Positions 43,737 to 55,336 are shown, numbered from the stretch's first letter. The stretch: 64,000 nt of DNA from an uncultured bacterium (GCA_963749495.1 CAVVMW010000004.1:256001-320000); one strand, 5' to 3'. Notes: generated by a model not told the origin, from the sequence alone. Numbers and translations are program-made.

Positions 43737-44717
43737 ATGAAACCCCTTGTGCTTTCCCCCGCCACATCCGCGTGGCTATATCGCGTCAGACCCCTGATAG
43801 GCGGAATTACGAGTTGCATCCCTGGTCTCGGCTCCCTCCGCCGAAAGTCCACGGGTGGAACAAATTCCGCCAGGTACTGCTACTCGGTCTGGCTCCGCCA
43901 CCTTGTCCAGGGCCACACAAACGGGCTTTGTGCAGGCGTGCCCAGGGTCGTTGCGGAACTGGGCCCCGGCGATTCGATCGGCATCGGCCTGGCCGCCCTC
44001 ACGTCGGGCGCCGAGAAGTATTTCGCCATGGACGTCGTCTCATACGCTACGCTGCCTCGGAACCTCTCCATTTTCGAGGAACTGGTGGAACTATTCCGCC
44101 GCAGGGAAAACATCCCGGACGCGACGGAGTTTCCCCAAGTTAAGCCCACCCTTGAGTCATACAAATTCCCGTCGCACATACTGGCCGACGCGTCCCTCTC
44201 CGCCGCATTGACGGATTCCCGTTTGAGCCGCATCCGCCATTCGTTTGAGGGGATCGAGCTTGACGACACCATGATCCGCTATTGCGTGCCCTGGTTCGGC
44301 TCGGATGTCTTAACGCCGCAGACCGTCAACATGGTCTATTCCCAAGCCGTTCTTGAGCATGTGGATGACCTCAGCTTAACCTACCGCGCTGTGAATGAAT
44401 GGCTGGCCGACTCGGGCTTTATGTCTCACGTGGTGGACTTTCGCTGCCATGGAACATCAGCGGACTGGAACGGCCACTGGACTCATTCAGATGTCAGGTG
44501 GCGACTGATTCGAGGAAAACGCCCGTGGCTGTTGAACCGGGAGCCCTTCTCCACGCACCTGGGGCTCATGGAGGACGCGGGTTTCAAAATGGTGGCCAGC
44601 ATCAAGAACACTAGGCCCTCGGCGATACAGCGGGAGAACCTCGCCCCGCGATTCAGGGACATAACGGACGATGACATGACTACCGCCGGCGCGTTCTTCC
44701 AAGCGGTAAAGAAATGA
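43737..44717 (+). CDS. Putative SAM-dependent methyltransferase of a polysaccharide locus
   Basis: VAELGPGDS motif I and VYSQAVLEHV. Confidence 0.7.
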   Translation: MKPLVLSPATSAWLYRVRPLIGGITSCIPGLGSLRRKSTGGTNSARYCYSVWLRHLVQGHTNGLCAGVPRVVAELGPGDSIGIGLAALTSGAEKYFAMDVVSYATLPRNLSIFEELVELFRRRENIPDATEFPQVKPTLESYKFPSHILADASLSAALTDSRLSRIRHSFEGIELDDTMIRYCVPWFGSDVLTPQTVNMVYSQAVLEHVDDLSLTYRAVNEWLADSGFMSHVVDFRCHGTSADWNGHWTHSDVRWRLIRGKRPWLLNREPFSTHLGLMEDAGFKMVASIKNTRPSAIQRENLAPRFRDITDDDMTTAGAFFQAVKK

Positions 44718-45121
44718 TGCGGTCCGTCCCCCGTGCGGCCGAACGAGCCCGTGGTAATGTCTCCGATCAAGGGGTGCGGTGGGTAAACTCGGAGCGTAAC
44801 AAGTTCCATGGCGACAGGAACTAGGTCATCAAGCCAATTTCCGACGCTTATGCCGCGACATGCATTTACTGCAGCAGCTCCGTTTCGCCGGGCGTTCCGC
44901 ACGCTTGGTATGCAGTGGTCCCCTGCAGCCCATGGTCCGCGCATGCCAGAGAATCCGCGCCACACGAACCGCCTAAAAGTACAATCCATTAGCAGTTAGG
45001 AGGCAGCCCCGCGGGAAACACTTTTACGAAGTGCCAACGAGAATGGTTCTATGTTGAGCGGTCGCGGCCGACAAGCAGCACGGTGTAAAGGGCCACGCTA
45101 CCGGCGGCGACGGCCCGAACA

Positions 45122-45720
45122 ATGAAGCTAACGTTCGTTATCTCTTCTCAGCAGAATTGAGGTGCCGAGCGAGTCTTGGTGAACATGGCACATTGCTTGT
45201 CTAAGAGGGCACAATTTATCGAGATTGTGACGCTTCGGCCGAACGCAAGCATCCCGTTTTATGAACTCGATGCCCCAACAGTTCACTCCCCGCTTCCGCT
45301 CGCTCGAGACTTCAGAGATCTAGTGCCATTTGCTCCCAGGAATGTGAGAAGAATAGGGGTAATTCGACACGCCATCAGGTAGGACACACATGCGCTTTGA
45401 GGAGGCGGCAGATTCTGATCTGCTTGTATTATCGTCCGGCTACGAAGCTTTCCAACATGCTCTTTACACGCCATGGCCCGCAACCTTCCGCTGATAAGTG
45501 TTGATTCCCCCAGGGGCGCAATGGAAAACATTCCCCAGGACGTGGATGGTGCCTTAGTGCCGCCTGAAAATGTGAACGCGCTGGCGGACGGGATGTCGCG
45601 TGATAAAAAACGCACTATTGAGAAAGCAATTGCCGCTAAGCGCGGGCAACGTTGTGCAGTGTTTCAGAATGTAAAAGGTCATGCGACAATGGGAAGAATT
45701 ACTCGGGAAGGTCATCCCAT
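45122..45720 (+). pseudogene. Decayed GT4 glycosyltransferase
   Basis: MKLTFVISSQQN*GAERVLVNMA...; later fragments DLLVLSSGYE and LPLISVDSPRG..DGALVPPENVNALADGM; in-frame stops and a large internal deletion. Confidence 0.75.
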
Positions 45721-45774
45721 CCTCGGCTTCAGGAGCTTGAACTTCGACGGGGACCGACAACCCGTAAGACCGCG

Positions 45775-47103
45775 TTGAATAGCCAGATTAAGTTGAGCCA
45801 GGTCGCGGCCGTGATTATGGCTCTGCTGCTTGTTGTTCCTTATTCGACAGGAGCTATTGGGTATGGCTTTGTGTGGAGCTTTTTCCCGATCCGGTCTCGA
45901 ACCTATCTGGTGGCGCTGGTGACATTACTAGCGGTCTATGGGGTGGCCAAGCGGCCCCGAATCAACCTCAGCATTGTCGCGCTGCTGGCGCTGGCCGCCC
46001 TCCGCATTCTAGATGCGTTCTTTCTGGATCGCGCGCCCAATCCGGAAAATCTGCCTACGTTGTCAAATGAGGGAGCATCCCTGGCCTATTCGCTGGGAAT
46101 AGTCTTTCTTTCCGGTGATCGTATCGCCTTGCGATATTCCGCCCTGCTGTGCGGGAGCCTCACAATTCTTGTTTGTGCAGGCGTAAACGCGTGGGAGTGG
46201 CAAAACCCGGCCTTCTTCAGCGATGTGCAAGGCCGCTCGGCTGGAATGCTTGTAAATGCGAATATTTCCGCAGCCGCCATTGTGGGAATGTTGGGCCTTG
46301 TCCTGGCTATGACTCCTCCGCTTTGGTTGGCAGCCGGACTGATTTGCTCGTCCGCGCTCGGTGTCTATTTCACTCTTAGCCGCGGCGGCGCGGTTGTCTG
46401 GCTTTTGATCGTTGTTGCGTACCTGGTTTTTGCGGCGCGAGGCGGGCTCCGGCGCATCGTGGGTTTTGCCTTTTGGCTGGCTCTGATTCTTGTCCTGATC
46501 ATAAAGGTAATTGATTTTGAGAATCCCTTGAGCGCGGGGACGAATGATGTCTCAACGAGGGAGAGCGTGCTATTGGGACAGAAGGAGATAGAGGCGAACG
46601 ACAGCAGGCATGTCAATGTGCTGCTGGACGGGCTGAAGGGAGTTCAACAGCAACCGATATTTGGTTATGGCACCGGGGCCTCAATCGGGCTCTACGAGCC
46701 GCATAATCAATTCTTGAGTATTTGGCTCGATAACGGCGTCGTCGGGATGGCACTTTTTTCACTGGGCCTCTGTCTGCTGGTTGGGAACTGTATTTTGAAG
46801 AGCAAGGTGCTGCTCATCGGCTGCATCCCGTTACTCGGGCAGATACCGTTCGGCCAGAATATGCTGGAGGATAAAAGCTATTTGTTTGTCTGGATCGTTC
46901 TTGGCGGGATGCTTCAAGTTCAAAAAGAAACTGAATTATGGGTCCTTTTTGACGAGCACGGCTGTGACGTTCCTGGCAATGAGCAAGATCCCGAGGTCCA
47001 TGATACGACGAGCCCCGCACTTCGACTTGAGGTTTGCCGCCACAGCCCAGGGGCGTTCTCGTCTCGGCGAATCTTGTGGCGGCTGAGCAGCAATGCCTTA
47101 TAG
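45775..47103 (+). CDS. O-antigen ligase / Wzy polymerase family membrane protein
   Basis: Multi-TM; RSAGMLVNAN, TLSRGG, PIFGYGTG, PHNQFLSIWLDNGVVG. Confidence 0.85.
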   Translation: MNSQIKLSQVAAVIMALLLVVPYSTGAIGYGFVWSFFPIRSRTYLVALVTLLAVYGVAKRPRINLSIVALLALAALRILDAFFLDRAPNPENLPTLSNEGASLAYSLGIVFLSGDRIALRYSALLCGSLTILVCAGVNAWEWQNPAFFSDVQGRSAGMLVNANISAAAIVGMLGLVLAMTPPLWLAAGLICSSALGVYFTLSRGGAVVWLLIVVAYLVFAARGGLRRIVGFAFWLALILVLIIKVIDFENPLSAGTNDVSTRESVLLGQKEIEANDSRHVNVLLDGLKGVQQQPIFGYGTGASIGLYEPHNQFLSIWLDNGVVGMALFSLGLCLLVGNCILKSKVLLIGCIPLLGQIPFGQNMLEDKSYLFVWIVLGGMLQVQKETELWVLFDEHGCDVPGNEQDPEVHDTTSPALRLEVCRHSPGAFSSRRILWRLSSNAL

Positions 47104-47249
47104 GGATTCGTGGATCATTTCGCTGAGACAGGGGTGTGGGACTACGCAAGTGCTTCCTTGTACTATGAGAGACATTAGCAGTACACATCACGGACCGATG
47201 CATTTGCAACCATAATTCCGATGAATTGTTTATTTCCGGGTCGTTAGCG

Positions 47250-48749
47250 ATGGGCGAGCAGGTATTAAGGCAGGCCCGGGGCGGTTTTGGGGTCGTGACA
47301 TATTACGGACCCTTGATCCGGAGGTTGTGGCTTTCCCGGTTCTTCGTGAACTTGGTCTGGGTGTGCGGCGCGACGGCTGCGAGCCGGCTGATCGCGTTGA
47401 TTGCGATCGGCTACCCGGCGCGGGCGCTGGGCCCGGAGGTGTTCGGCCGAGTCGGCTTCGCATTGACCTTGGTTGCTTACGCCCGGGTCCTGCTTCCCTC
47501 CGGGCTCTTGGTGTGGGGTACGCGGGAGATCGCGCGGGAGCGGCAGAAGGCGGCCGAGGTGGCCAGCACCGTCAGCCTGACGCTCCTGGCGCTCGCATTA
47601 GTGGGTTACTGCCTGCTGGCTGCTGGCGCGGGGGCGTTCCTGGGCCCTCAACAACGACGGATCGTCCTGCTCTGCGGTCTCGGGCTGTTCAGCCAGGCGG
47701 TCACGCTCGATTGGGCGCTGGCTGGGCTGCAAAAGCAGTATGTCTCTTCTGCGCTCAGTATTGCCACGGCTACGTGTACTGTGGCGCTCCTTTTCACCCT
47801 GGTGCGAGGTCCAGGGGACGCGAGGACTTACGCGGTCCTCGCGCCACTGACTGCGCTGTTGGGCGCCGGCCTGAGCTTCCTTTACCTGAGGAACCGGGAT
47901 GGATTCCGTCTCCAGCTCCCCCCCTCCAGGGCCTTCTGTGGGGCCTTGCTGGCCGCCCGGCACCTGAGCGCTTCATCCTTTTTTGTTGCGGTTCTTCGCT
48001 ACGCGAACAACGTGATCGTCTATTGTTGGCTTGGGGAGGCGTCGCTGGGGGTTTTCCTGGCGGCGTTTTGGATCATCGAGCAGTTAAGCACCGTGCCGGG
48101 GCTGCTGGCCAACGTGGCTTTCCCGCGCCTAGCCCAGCTTGTGGTCAGCGCACCGGAGCGGGCGAGGGAGGAGGCGGCTGTCTTCCGCGAGGTCTTGGTT
48201 ATCGCCGGGTTGGGGGTGGCCGGGTTGCTCGCGATCGAGGCACCGGATGTTACGCGCGTCCTTTATGGGAGTCGGTACCATGATGCGGGGTTGGCCTTGC
48301 GCATCATGGCGCCGGCGCTTCTGTTCACCTTCGTAGCTTACGGGTACACGAACGTCCTCATGCCGTTCCACCAGGACCGCGTGATCCTGAGGGTTGTGGT
48401 GGTGGGCGCGGTTGTGTCCGTTGGGGGCGGGCTGGCCCTGGTTCCTCCATTCCACCTCCTCGGCGGTGCCGTGGCCGTTTCCATAGCCGATCTGGCCGCG
48501 TGGCTGGCGGCCTCGCGCGATTACCGCCGGGTTGTGGGTCCGCTGGGGCTGCGCAGCTGGGCAAGGCCGCTAGCGGGGGTGTGTCTGATGGCCTTGATCT
48601 GCTTTGCCCTCGAGCGGGCAGCCGTCCCCTTCTGGCTGCGCGCGCCGGCCGCCCTGCTCGGCTACCTGGTCGCGGTCAGAAAACAGGTGGCCCAAATCAT
48701 TCGATGGAGCCTGGCCCACCTGAATTCCTTGAAGCCAACCGCCGCATGA
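47250..48749 (+). CDS. wzx: Wzx-type oligosaccharide flippase
   Basis: ARALGPEVFG, GLLVWGTREIA, AFPRLA, LYGSRY; about 12-14 hydrophobic segments. Confidence 0.85.
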   Translation: MGEQVLRQARGGFGVVTYYGPLIRRLWLSRFFVNLVWVCGATAASRLIALIAIGYPARALGPEVFGRVGFALTLVAYARVLLPSGLLVWGTREIARERQKAAEVASTVSLTLLALALVGYCLLAAGAGAFLGPQQRRIVLLCGLGLFSQAVTLDWALAGLQKQYVSSALSIATATCTVALLFTLVRGPGDARTYAVLAPLTALLGAGLSFLYLRNRDGFRLQLPPSRAFCGALLAARHLSASSFFVAVLRYANNVIVYCWLGEASLGVFLAAFWIIEQLSTVPGLLANVAFPRLAQLVVSAPERAREEAAVFREVLVIAGLGVAGLLAIEAPDVTRVLYGSRYHDAGLALRIMAPALLFTFVAYGYTNVLMPFHQDRVILRVVVVGAVVSVGGGLALVPPFHLLGGAVAVSIADLAAWLAASRDYRRVVGPLGLRSWARPLAGVCLMALICFALERAAVPFWLRAPAALLGYLVAVRKQVAQIIRWSLAHLNSLKPTAA

Positions 48750-49649
48750 GAACTGGCGGTGTGAGTAGTGTTATCCACATGAGACCATACCCGAAATTCT
48801 CAGTCATAATCGCGACGTTCAACCGCCGTCCGTACCTGGAGAGGGCCATCGACCGCCTTCTGGAGGATCCATATCCGAACCTGGAACTCATCGTCATCGA
48901 CGGGGGATCCAAGGACGGCACGCCGGAACTGCTGAAATCGTACGGCGACAGGATCCGCTGCTGGCTTTCAGAGGCAGATGAGGGAGAGTATTTCGCTCTC
49001 AACAAGGGGCTGGCGCTCGCTACCGGGACTCTGCTAAAAATCATTCCGGACGACAATTTGATGCGCACGGGCGCATTTCACGTCGCGGCACAGTACCTCG
49101 AGGCGCACCCGGACATTGACATTGTTTTTGGGCAGACCGCCTTCTGGCGCGAGGAGGGGGGCACAAGGACCTTCTTGTCTCAGACCAACATGGCTGACCC
49201 GGCCTGCCTCTCCGTGCGTGGTTGGCTCAGACACAGGAATGGGGGCGCCAGTGAAGGGCATTTTATGCGGCGGAGAGTAGTCGATCGGATCGGCCCAATC
49301 TCGACGGAGTACGTCCCCTGGGACCTGGAATTCTGGGCAAGGGCAGCCAAAGCCGGGGTCAGGATGGGCTGGCTGCCGGAACGTCGTGGTCGATTACATG
49401 TACACCGGAAAAAACGGTGGCATCACGAAGGCATGGAGGGTCTTCGGGGACTCCATCAAAATCAATTGGCGTTACGGCACGCTTTCGGACGGGCTCCTCG
49501 CGACGTGGTCGTACGGTGTCTTCAGGCCCGCCGCCCATGTTGCGCGGTCGGCCTGCCATGCCGTCCACCTTCACCCCCTACGCGCCGCAAAGAGGCTGCT
49601 CGGCCGGGAAGCGCGGTCGGAACCTGTCCGCCTGGCCGGGGCCGAGTGA
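48746..49649 (+). CDS. GT2 glycosyltransferase; frameshift near 49380
   Basis: FSVIIATFNR, IVIDGGSKDGT, ALNKGL; continues in the 49386-49649 frame. Confidence 0.82.
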
Positions 49650-50540
49650 GTTCCCCGGCCTGCGGTTCACTGCAACTTGCTGCCTGGCCGGAAGCGGCTG
49701 TTTGGGTAGCCCCCTATTGCTTCGCAAGCGCACCAAGGCCGGCAGCCCGGAGCGCGCGGGGCGCGGAGAATCTTGTCCGCAGGGCGGCGGCCTGCAGCCG
49801 AAAGGCGGACAGAATTGTCTGCCGCCCCGCCCGGCAGTTTATGGGAAGATCCTGAGCTACGCTGGTCTTTATGGCCCTCCTGACGTTGGTCCTGATTTGT
49901 GCAGCCGGGCGTGCCTCGCGTGTCGCGATGCGCCCCCGGTGGGTGCATGCCGGGGTGATTGTAATCAGGCTCCTGATAGGCGTCCACATCTTCCGTTGTT
50001 CGTGGTGAGCGCCATGAGCCTGTACCGGGAGGACGCGCTCGTGGTGGCGATGGCATGTGGAACGCCGTTTCGCAGAGAGGGAATTCATTTTGATCGAGGC
50101 GCGGTCGTCTCGGGGTCCAAATCGGAACAGCTCTGCTGGTTGCGCGTACTCACGCTGATGACCGTGGGCTACAGCCTGACGCCACAAGGTCCTACGGGCA
50201 TCGCCAGATGGTCGCGATTGGGATTTGCATTTGCGGTCGGGCTTGTTGGACGCGCTTCCGCCCGGGGCGAGAATCCTCACATTCGCAGCACAGGGAGGCT
50301 GAGTATGTGGACCGCCCACGGCCACGACATCGGGTTTGCCGCTTTTGCCGATGTGAATGCCTTGGGCTGGAGTCATATCTCGGACACGGTGAACGCGCCG
50401 CAGGGGGGGTGGGGTGCCTTGTGGTCCCTCTCGGCGGCCCGGAGCAACGTCGTCCCGGCGATCGGGTCCGGTTGGACGAAGTGGCCGGGGTGCGGGTCGC
50501 GGACTGAGGCGCTCTTCCTGATTCCCATACATTCCTAAAG

Positions 50541-51767
50541 ATGAGCCAAGCATCGAGAGGCCGCCGGCTGATGCTCTATCTGCCTAACCTGAGCGGGGGC
50601 GGGGCTGAGGGGGTGATGGTAAACCTGGCAAATGGGTTTGTCGGCCTGGGCTATTGTGTTGACTTGGTTTTGGCTACCAAGGCCGGCGTCAACGAGCGCA
50701 GGGTTTCCGGCGGTGTCAACCTTGTCCGCTTGGCTGCGTCCGGCTGTCTGGCCAGCATCCCCTCGCTCTCGAAGTACCTGCGCCAGAAGAAGCCGCACGC
50801 GCTGCTTTCAACACTCGCTCATGCCAACCTCGCGGCGCTTATTTCAAACCGGCTCGCCGGCGGGAACAGCCGGGTCATCATTCGGGAGGCAGCGCCCATC
50901 ACGTTGACGGCGAAATATTACAGATCCCTCCGCGTGAGGCTCGTGCAGGCGGGCATGCGGTGGTTGTATCCCCGGGCAAGCTTTGTGGTCGCAAATTCTC
51001 AGGGGCTTGCCGACGAACTGGTTGAGAGGATAAGAGTCCAGCCAGCCAAGGTCAGACTGATCGAAAACCCGGTAATCGCGGAAGATTTTGAGGCCCTGGC
51101 AGGGGAGAGCCTGGCAGACCCTTGGTTTAACGATCCTCGGATTCCGGTTGTCCTTGGCGCAGGCCGGCTGACCATCGAAAAGGATTACGAGACCCTCATC
51201 CGCGCCTTCAAGATCATCTCTGGAAGACGGCCCGCGCGGCTAGTCATTCTTGGCGAAGGTGAAGACCGCCAAAAACTGGAGGGACTCGTCGCCAGGGAGG
51301 GTCTGCAGGGGGCTGTGAAGCTGCCCGGCTACGTGCCAAATCCCTTCGCCTATATGCGGCATTGCGGTTGCTTTGTGCTCTCATCCCTTTTCGAGGGAAG
51401 TCCTAACGCCCTGATCCAGGCCCTGGCCTCAGGGGCGCGCGTCGTTTCGAGCGACTGCCCATGGGGGCCGCGTGAGATCCTCGAGGACGGCAAGCTTGGG
51501 AAATTGGTGCCGGTGGGAGACGTGGAAGCCCTGGCAGCCGCCGTGCTGGAAGCATTCGTGCAGCCCGCCTGGGGCGCTCGGTTGGGCCTGTTCGCCAGGC
51601 TTCGGGATAAATACGGGGTTACAGCGGTCGTGGGCAGGTTCCGCGAATTGGTTGACGATGCGTGCCTTCAGGTATTGCAACCCGCTACGAAAACGCCTCC
51701 GGGGGGCTTCTCAACACGCATGCAAACGGTGCGGCCTGGCAAGCGGTTTCAGAAGCCTGGGAAATAA
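50541..51767 (+). CDS. GT4 glycosyltransferase
   Basis: LSGGGAEGV, GAGRL..KD, FVLSSLFEGSPNALIQA. Confidence 0.92.
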   Translation: MSQASRGRRLMLYLPNLSGGGAEGVMVNLANGFVGLGYCVDLVLATKAGVNERRVSGGVNLVRLAASGCLASIPSLSKYLRQKKPHALLSTLAHANLAALISNRLAGGNSRVIIREAAPITLTAKYYRSLRVRLVQAGMRWLYPRASFVVANSQGLADELVERIRVQPAKVRLIENPVIAEDFEALAGESLADPWFNDPRIPVVLGAGRLTIEKDYETLIRAFKIISGRRPARLVILGEGEDRQKLEGLVAREGLQGAVKLPGYVPNPFAYMRHCGCFVLSSLFEGSPNALIQALASGARVVSSDCPWGPREILEDGKLGKLVPVGDVEALAAAVLEAFVQPAWGARLGLFARLRDKYGVTAVVGRFRELVDDACLQVLQPATKTPPGGFSTRMQTVRPGKRFQKPGK

Positions 51768-51796
51768 GGCCTAGCACGAGACACAAGACCTAATTT

Positions 51797-53746
51797 ATGT
51801 GCGGCATCGCTGGTGTTTTGGATCCGGGGCGCAGCACTCGTGCCTCGGAGCTTGAGTCAATAATCCTTAAGATGGCCCGGGCGCTGAGCCATCGGGGCCC
51901 GGATGACGAGGGCTGTTGGGTGGATGAAAGTGCTGGAATCGCGCTTGGACATAGGCGGCTGGCGATTATCGAACTCAGCCCCGAGGGGCATCAGCCCATG
52001 CGCTCGGCCAACGGCCGTTATATCACCACTTTCAACGGCGAGATATACAATTTTCGTAGCCTGCGGGCTGAACTTGAGGGCTTGGGCCACCAATTCCGAG
52101 GCAGTTCAGATACAGAAGTGATGCTCGCGGCCATCAGCCAATGGGCGGTGCCCGGTGCGCTGGAGCGCTTTGTCGGGATGTTCGCCTTTGCTTTGTGGGA
52201 CAGGGAAGACCGGAGCCTCCATCTGGCGCGAGATAGGCTCGGGGAAAAGCCCCTCTATTATGGTTGGGTCGAAGGGGCGTTCCTGTTTGCCTCCGAGTTG
52301 AAGGCCCTATACAGCTACCCGGGCTGGAAGGGGAAGATAGACCAGGATGCGGTGACGCTGTTTATGCGCCACGGATACATTCCGGCGCCATATTCGATTT
52401 ACCAGAACATATTCAAGCTGACGCCAGGGACCTTTTTGAGGTTGTCAGGGGCTGCTGCCGGAAGGGTCCCGGAGCCAGAATGTTATTGGTCGCTAGCCCG
52501 CGTGGCCGAGGCTGCCGCGTGCGACCCGTTCAGCGGCTCGGAGGCAGAGGCGCAGCAGGAGTTGGAAAGCCTGCTGCGGCAGTCCGTGGCCGGGCAGATG
52601 GTGGCGGACGTGCCACTGGGGGCTTTCCTGTCCGGCGGAATAGATTCCTCGACGATCGTGGCGGTGATGCAAGCGCAGTCCGCCCAGCCGGTCAAAACAT
52701 TCACGATTGGCTTCCGGGAGAATAGGTACAACGAGGCGCAGCATGCAAAGGCGGTTGCGCACCACCTCGGCACTCAGCACACCGAGCTATACGTAACGCC
52801 TGGCGAGGCGCTAGGTGTTATCCCAAGCCTTCCGGCGGCATACGATGAGCCATTTGGCGATTCCTCGCAAATCCCAACAATGCTCCTCTCCCAGCTCGCC
52901 AAGCGGCATGTGACCGTGAGCCTCTCCGGCGATGGCGGTGACGAACTGTTTGGGGGTTACACGCGTTACCGTTTTGCGGGCAACCTCAGCCGACAGTTGT
53001 CGCGGTTGCCTCATGGGGCACGCCGGTGCATCGGAAAGCTGTTAAAGGCGCCTTCGGTTGGCTGTTGGGACGGCATGTTGGGGTGGTTGCCCTACAAAGT
53101 TGGCATGCGTGCCTTCGACGGACGGCCCGGGGATCGGCTGCACAAGCTGGCGGAACTTCTTGAATCGGAGGATCCAGATGTTCTCTACGAACGAATCATC
53201 ACCCACTGGTTGCAGGGGAGTATTGTCTCCGGCCCAAAGCGCGTGCGACCATGGGGAGGACAGGTCTCTCTTCCCCTCGGCGTAGGCGCTCTCGAGGAAC
53301 GCATGATGTACCTGGATACCATGACGTATCTCCCGGATGATATTCTGGTAAAGTTGGACCGTGCGTCGATGTCGGTAAGTTTAGAGAGTCGTGTCCCGCT
53401 TCTCGATCATCATCTTGTCGAGTTTGCCTGGCGTCTGCCCTTAGCCATGAAAATGAAGGGTAAGGGCAAGTGGCTGCTGCGGCAGGTCCTCTACAAGTAC
53501 GTTCCCAGCGCCCTGGTGGAACGCCCGAAAATGGGTTTTGGCGTTCCGCTAGACGACTGGCTACGGGGTCCCCTCCGAGACTGGGCCGATGCTCTCCTCA
53601 ACGAGTCACGTCTGAGACAGGAAGGGTTTCTTTCGCCGGTTCTTATCCAGCGATGCTGGAAGGAGCATCTGAAGGCAAATCGAAATTGGCAGTACCATTT
53701 GTGGGACGTGTTAATGTTCCAAGCGTGGCTGCAAACGCAGCGATAG
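51797..53746 (+). CDS. asnB: Asparagine synthase (glutamine-hydrolysing)-family amidotransferase
   Basis: MCGIAG, HRRLAII, FNGEIYN, FLSGGIDSS, LSGDGGDELFGGY. Confidence 0.95.
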   Translation: MCGIAGVLDPGRSTRASELESIILKMARALSHRGPDDEGCWVDESAGIALGHRRLAIIELSPEGHQPMRSANGRYITTFNGEIYNFRSLRAELEGLGHQFRGSSDTEVMLAAISQWAVPGALERFVGMFAFALWDREDRSLHLARDRLGEKPLYYGWVEGAFLFASELKALYSYPGWKGKIDQDAVTLFMRHGYIPAPYSIYQNIFKLTPGTFLRLSGAAAGRVPEPECYWSLARVAEAAACDPFSGSEAEAQQELESLLRQSVAGQMVADVPLGAFLSGGIDSSTIVAVMQAQSAQPVKTFTIGFRENRYNEAQHAKAVAHHLGTQHTELYVTPGEALGVIPSLPAAYDEPFGDSSQIPTMLLSQLAKRHVTVSLSGDGGDELFGGYTRYRFAGNLSRQLSRLPHGARRCIGKLLKAPSVGCWDGMLGWLPYKVGMRAFDGRPGDRLHKLAELLESEDPDVLYERIITHWLQGSIVSGPKRVRPWGGQVSLPLGVGALEERMMYLDTMTYLPDDILVKLDRASMSVSLESRVPLLDHHLVEFAWRLPLAMKMKGKGKWLLRQVLYKYVPSALVERPKMGFGVPLDDWLRGPLRDWADALLNESRLRQEGFLSPVLIQRCWKEHLKANRNWQYHLWDVLMFQAWLQTQR

Positions 53747-53822
53747 AGGAGACCCAAAGTGGGTTGAGCCGGAGGCCGACGGCCTCGCCCACCCCACAAG
53801 CCTGTCGAGGCGCGAAAAGCCC

Positions 53823-53930
53823 GGTCGCGTCAGAGTTGTCCTCGCCATGAGCGGAGCGACCGCAGGGGGCGCTGAAACTGAACTGCTGTCCTTCCTAACA
53901 ACCGGTTGGACGGCCTTGGCCCGTCCTTGA
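53823..53930 (+). pseudogene. Orphan GT4 N-terminal fragment
   Basis: GRVRVVLAMSGATAGGAETELLSFL, paralogous to KIIFVTSGATAGGAERQLVYFL of the next gene. Confidence 0.6.
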
Positions 53931-54074
53931 CCGACGCAGAGTCGGAATTGTGCTCGAAGAGCGGCATGTCCTCAGGCGGCCAGCAGAGAGTTTCAGCGGC
54001 CGTTTGTGGCATTTCCGGGAGCCTTACACGGGCTTTCAGACGGCCCGCATCGCCTTTTCACCACGAGCCAGGTT

Positions 54075-55224
54075 GTGCGAACACCATGTAAAATAATATT
54101 CGTGACCAGCGGTGCAACGGCGGGAGGGGCCGAACGACAGCTTGTTTACTTTCTCCGGTTGCACGACCGACAGCGGTTCTACTGTACCTGTTCTCACCGT
54201 TCTTGCGGCTGATAGCGACCTTCGGCGTGGTGGGAACGACTTCAGGCCGGAATTGCGTGCCTGTGGAGTTCCAGTTCAGTCGGTTGATTCTTCCCGCTTC
54301 CCGACGCTTAGGGGTGTCCTAGCGCTTTATCGCGTCGTCATCCGATCGAGACCGCACTTAGTTCACACATACGGACTAGCTGTTGATCTTGTCACCAGGT
54401 GCCTCCCGCTGGGTCGCTGCGCCCGAATTGGCAGCATGCGCAACTCCGAGGACCACCGTCCGGATTGGCTGTTCCGACTGGATGGACTGACCTCGCGGCG
54501 CCTTAACGGATACGTCTCGAACAGCCTTGCTGGCAAGAACGCCTTGGTTTACCGCGGAGGTGTCAGACCCAACCGTGTTTGCGTGATTCCAAATGGAATT
54601 GATGCTGATGCATTCGCACAGGGGTGCGATATTGGCCAAAGATTACGATTACGAGAAGAGTGGGGGGCCACAAACCGAGACCTTATAGTGCTGACGGTTG
54701 CTAACCTGCATACCCCAAAGGGGCATGAGGACATCATTAGAGCCATCCGTGAACTTGATGGTAAGGTGCCTGCGCACTTCGTCTTCGCCGGTGAAGACAG
54801 GAGCGGGGGGAACCTTGAGGAGTTTGCCCGCTCCCTAGGGGTGCGTGACCGCATCTCCTTCCTGGGCTTCCGAACCGACGTGGCGACTTTACTAGCGGCT
54901 TCCGACGTCTTCCTATTGGCGTTGCACTGGGAAGGGATGCCCAACGCCCTTATGGAGGCAATGAGTGTGGGAACTCCTATCATTGCAACCGACGTGGGCG
55001 CGGCAAGAGAGCTATTGGACAGCGGACAGTGCGGTCAATTGATTCCTCCGCGGGCGCCCGCGGTCATCGCCGATGCTCTTCGGCGCTACGCCGAGGATAG
55101 GGACTTGCGTATGAAGCACGGCGCGGCAGCGAGAGCTCGTGTAAGAGGACGGTACACTATTCACCAAATGGTTAGGGCTCAAGAGGACTATTACGAACGC
55201 CTTTTTCATCGAAGGGATGAGTGA
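54075..55224 (+). CDS. GT4 glycosyltransferase; frameshift near 54188
   Basis: N-terminal GGAERQL in the 54006 frame; the remainder (KGHED, EGMPNALMEAM) in the 54112 frame. Confidence 0.82.
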
Positions 55225-55336
55225 TCGTTCGTGGGCTTGAATCAGTTGACAATATAAGGTCCAGCTCATATCTAGACTAGTTGCAGTCATGCCAGGCTGC
55301 CGGCAGCCCAAAGTGATGAATGGTGTTCATCATCAA

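Noticed and set aside
44720..45120. Possible IS or attC remnant between the methyltransferase and the GT pseudogene
   Set aside because: No terminal inverted repeats, transposase motif or convincing palindrome could be established by eye.
49417..50538. 373-aa ORF as an intact gene
   Set aside because: Composition is patchy and hydrophobic stretches switch frames; treated as a probable remnant.
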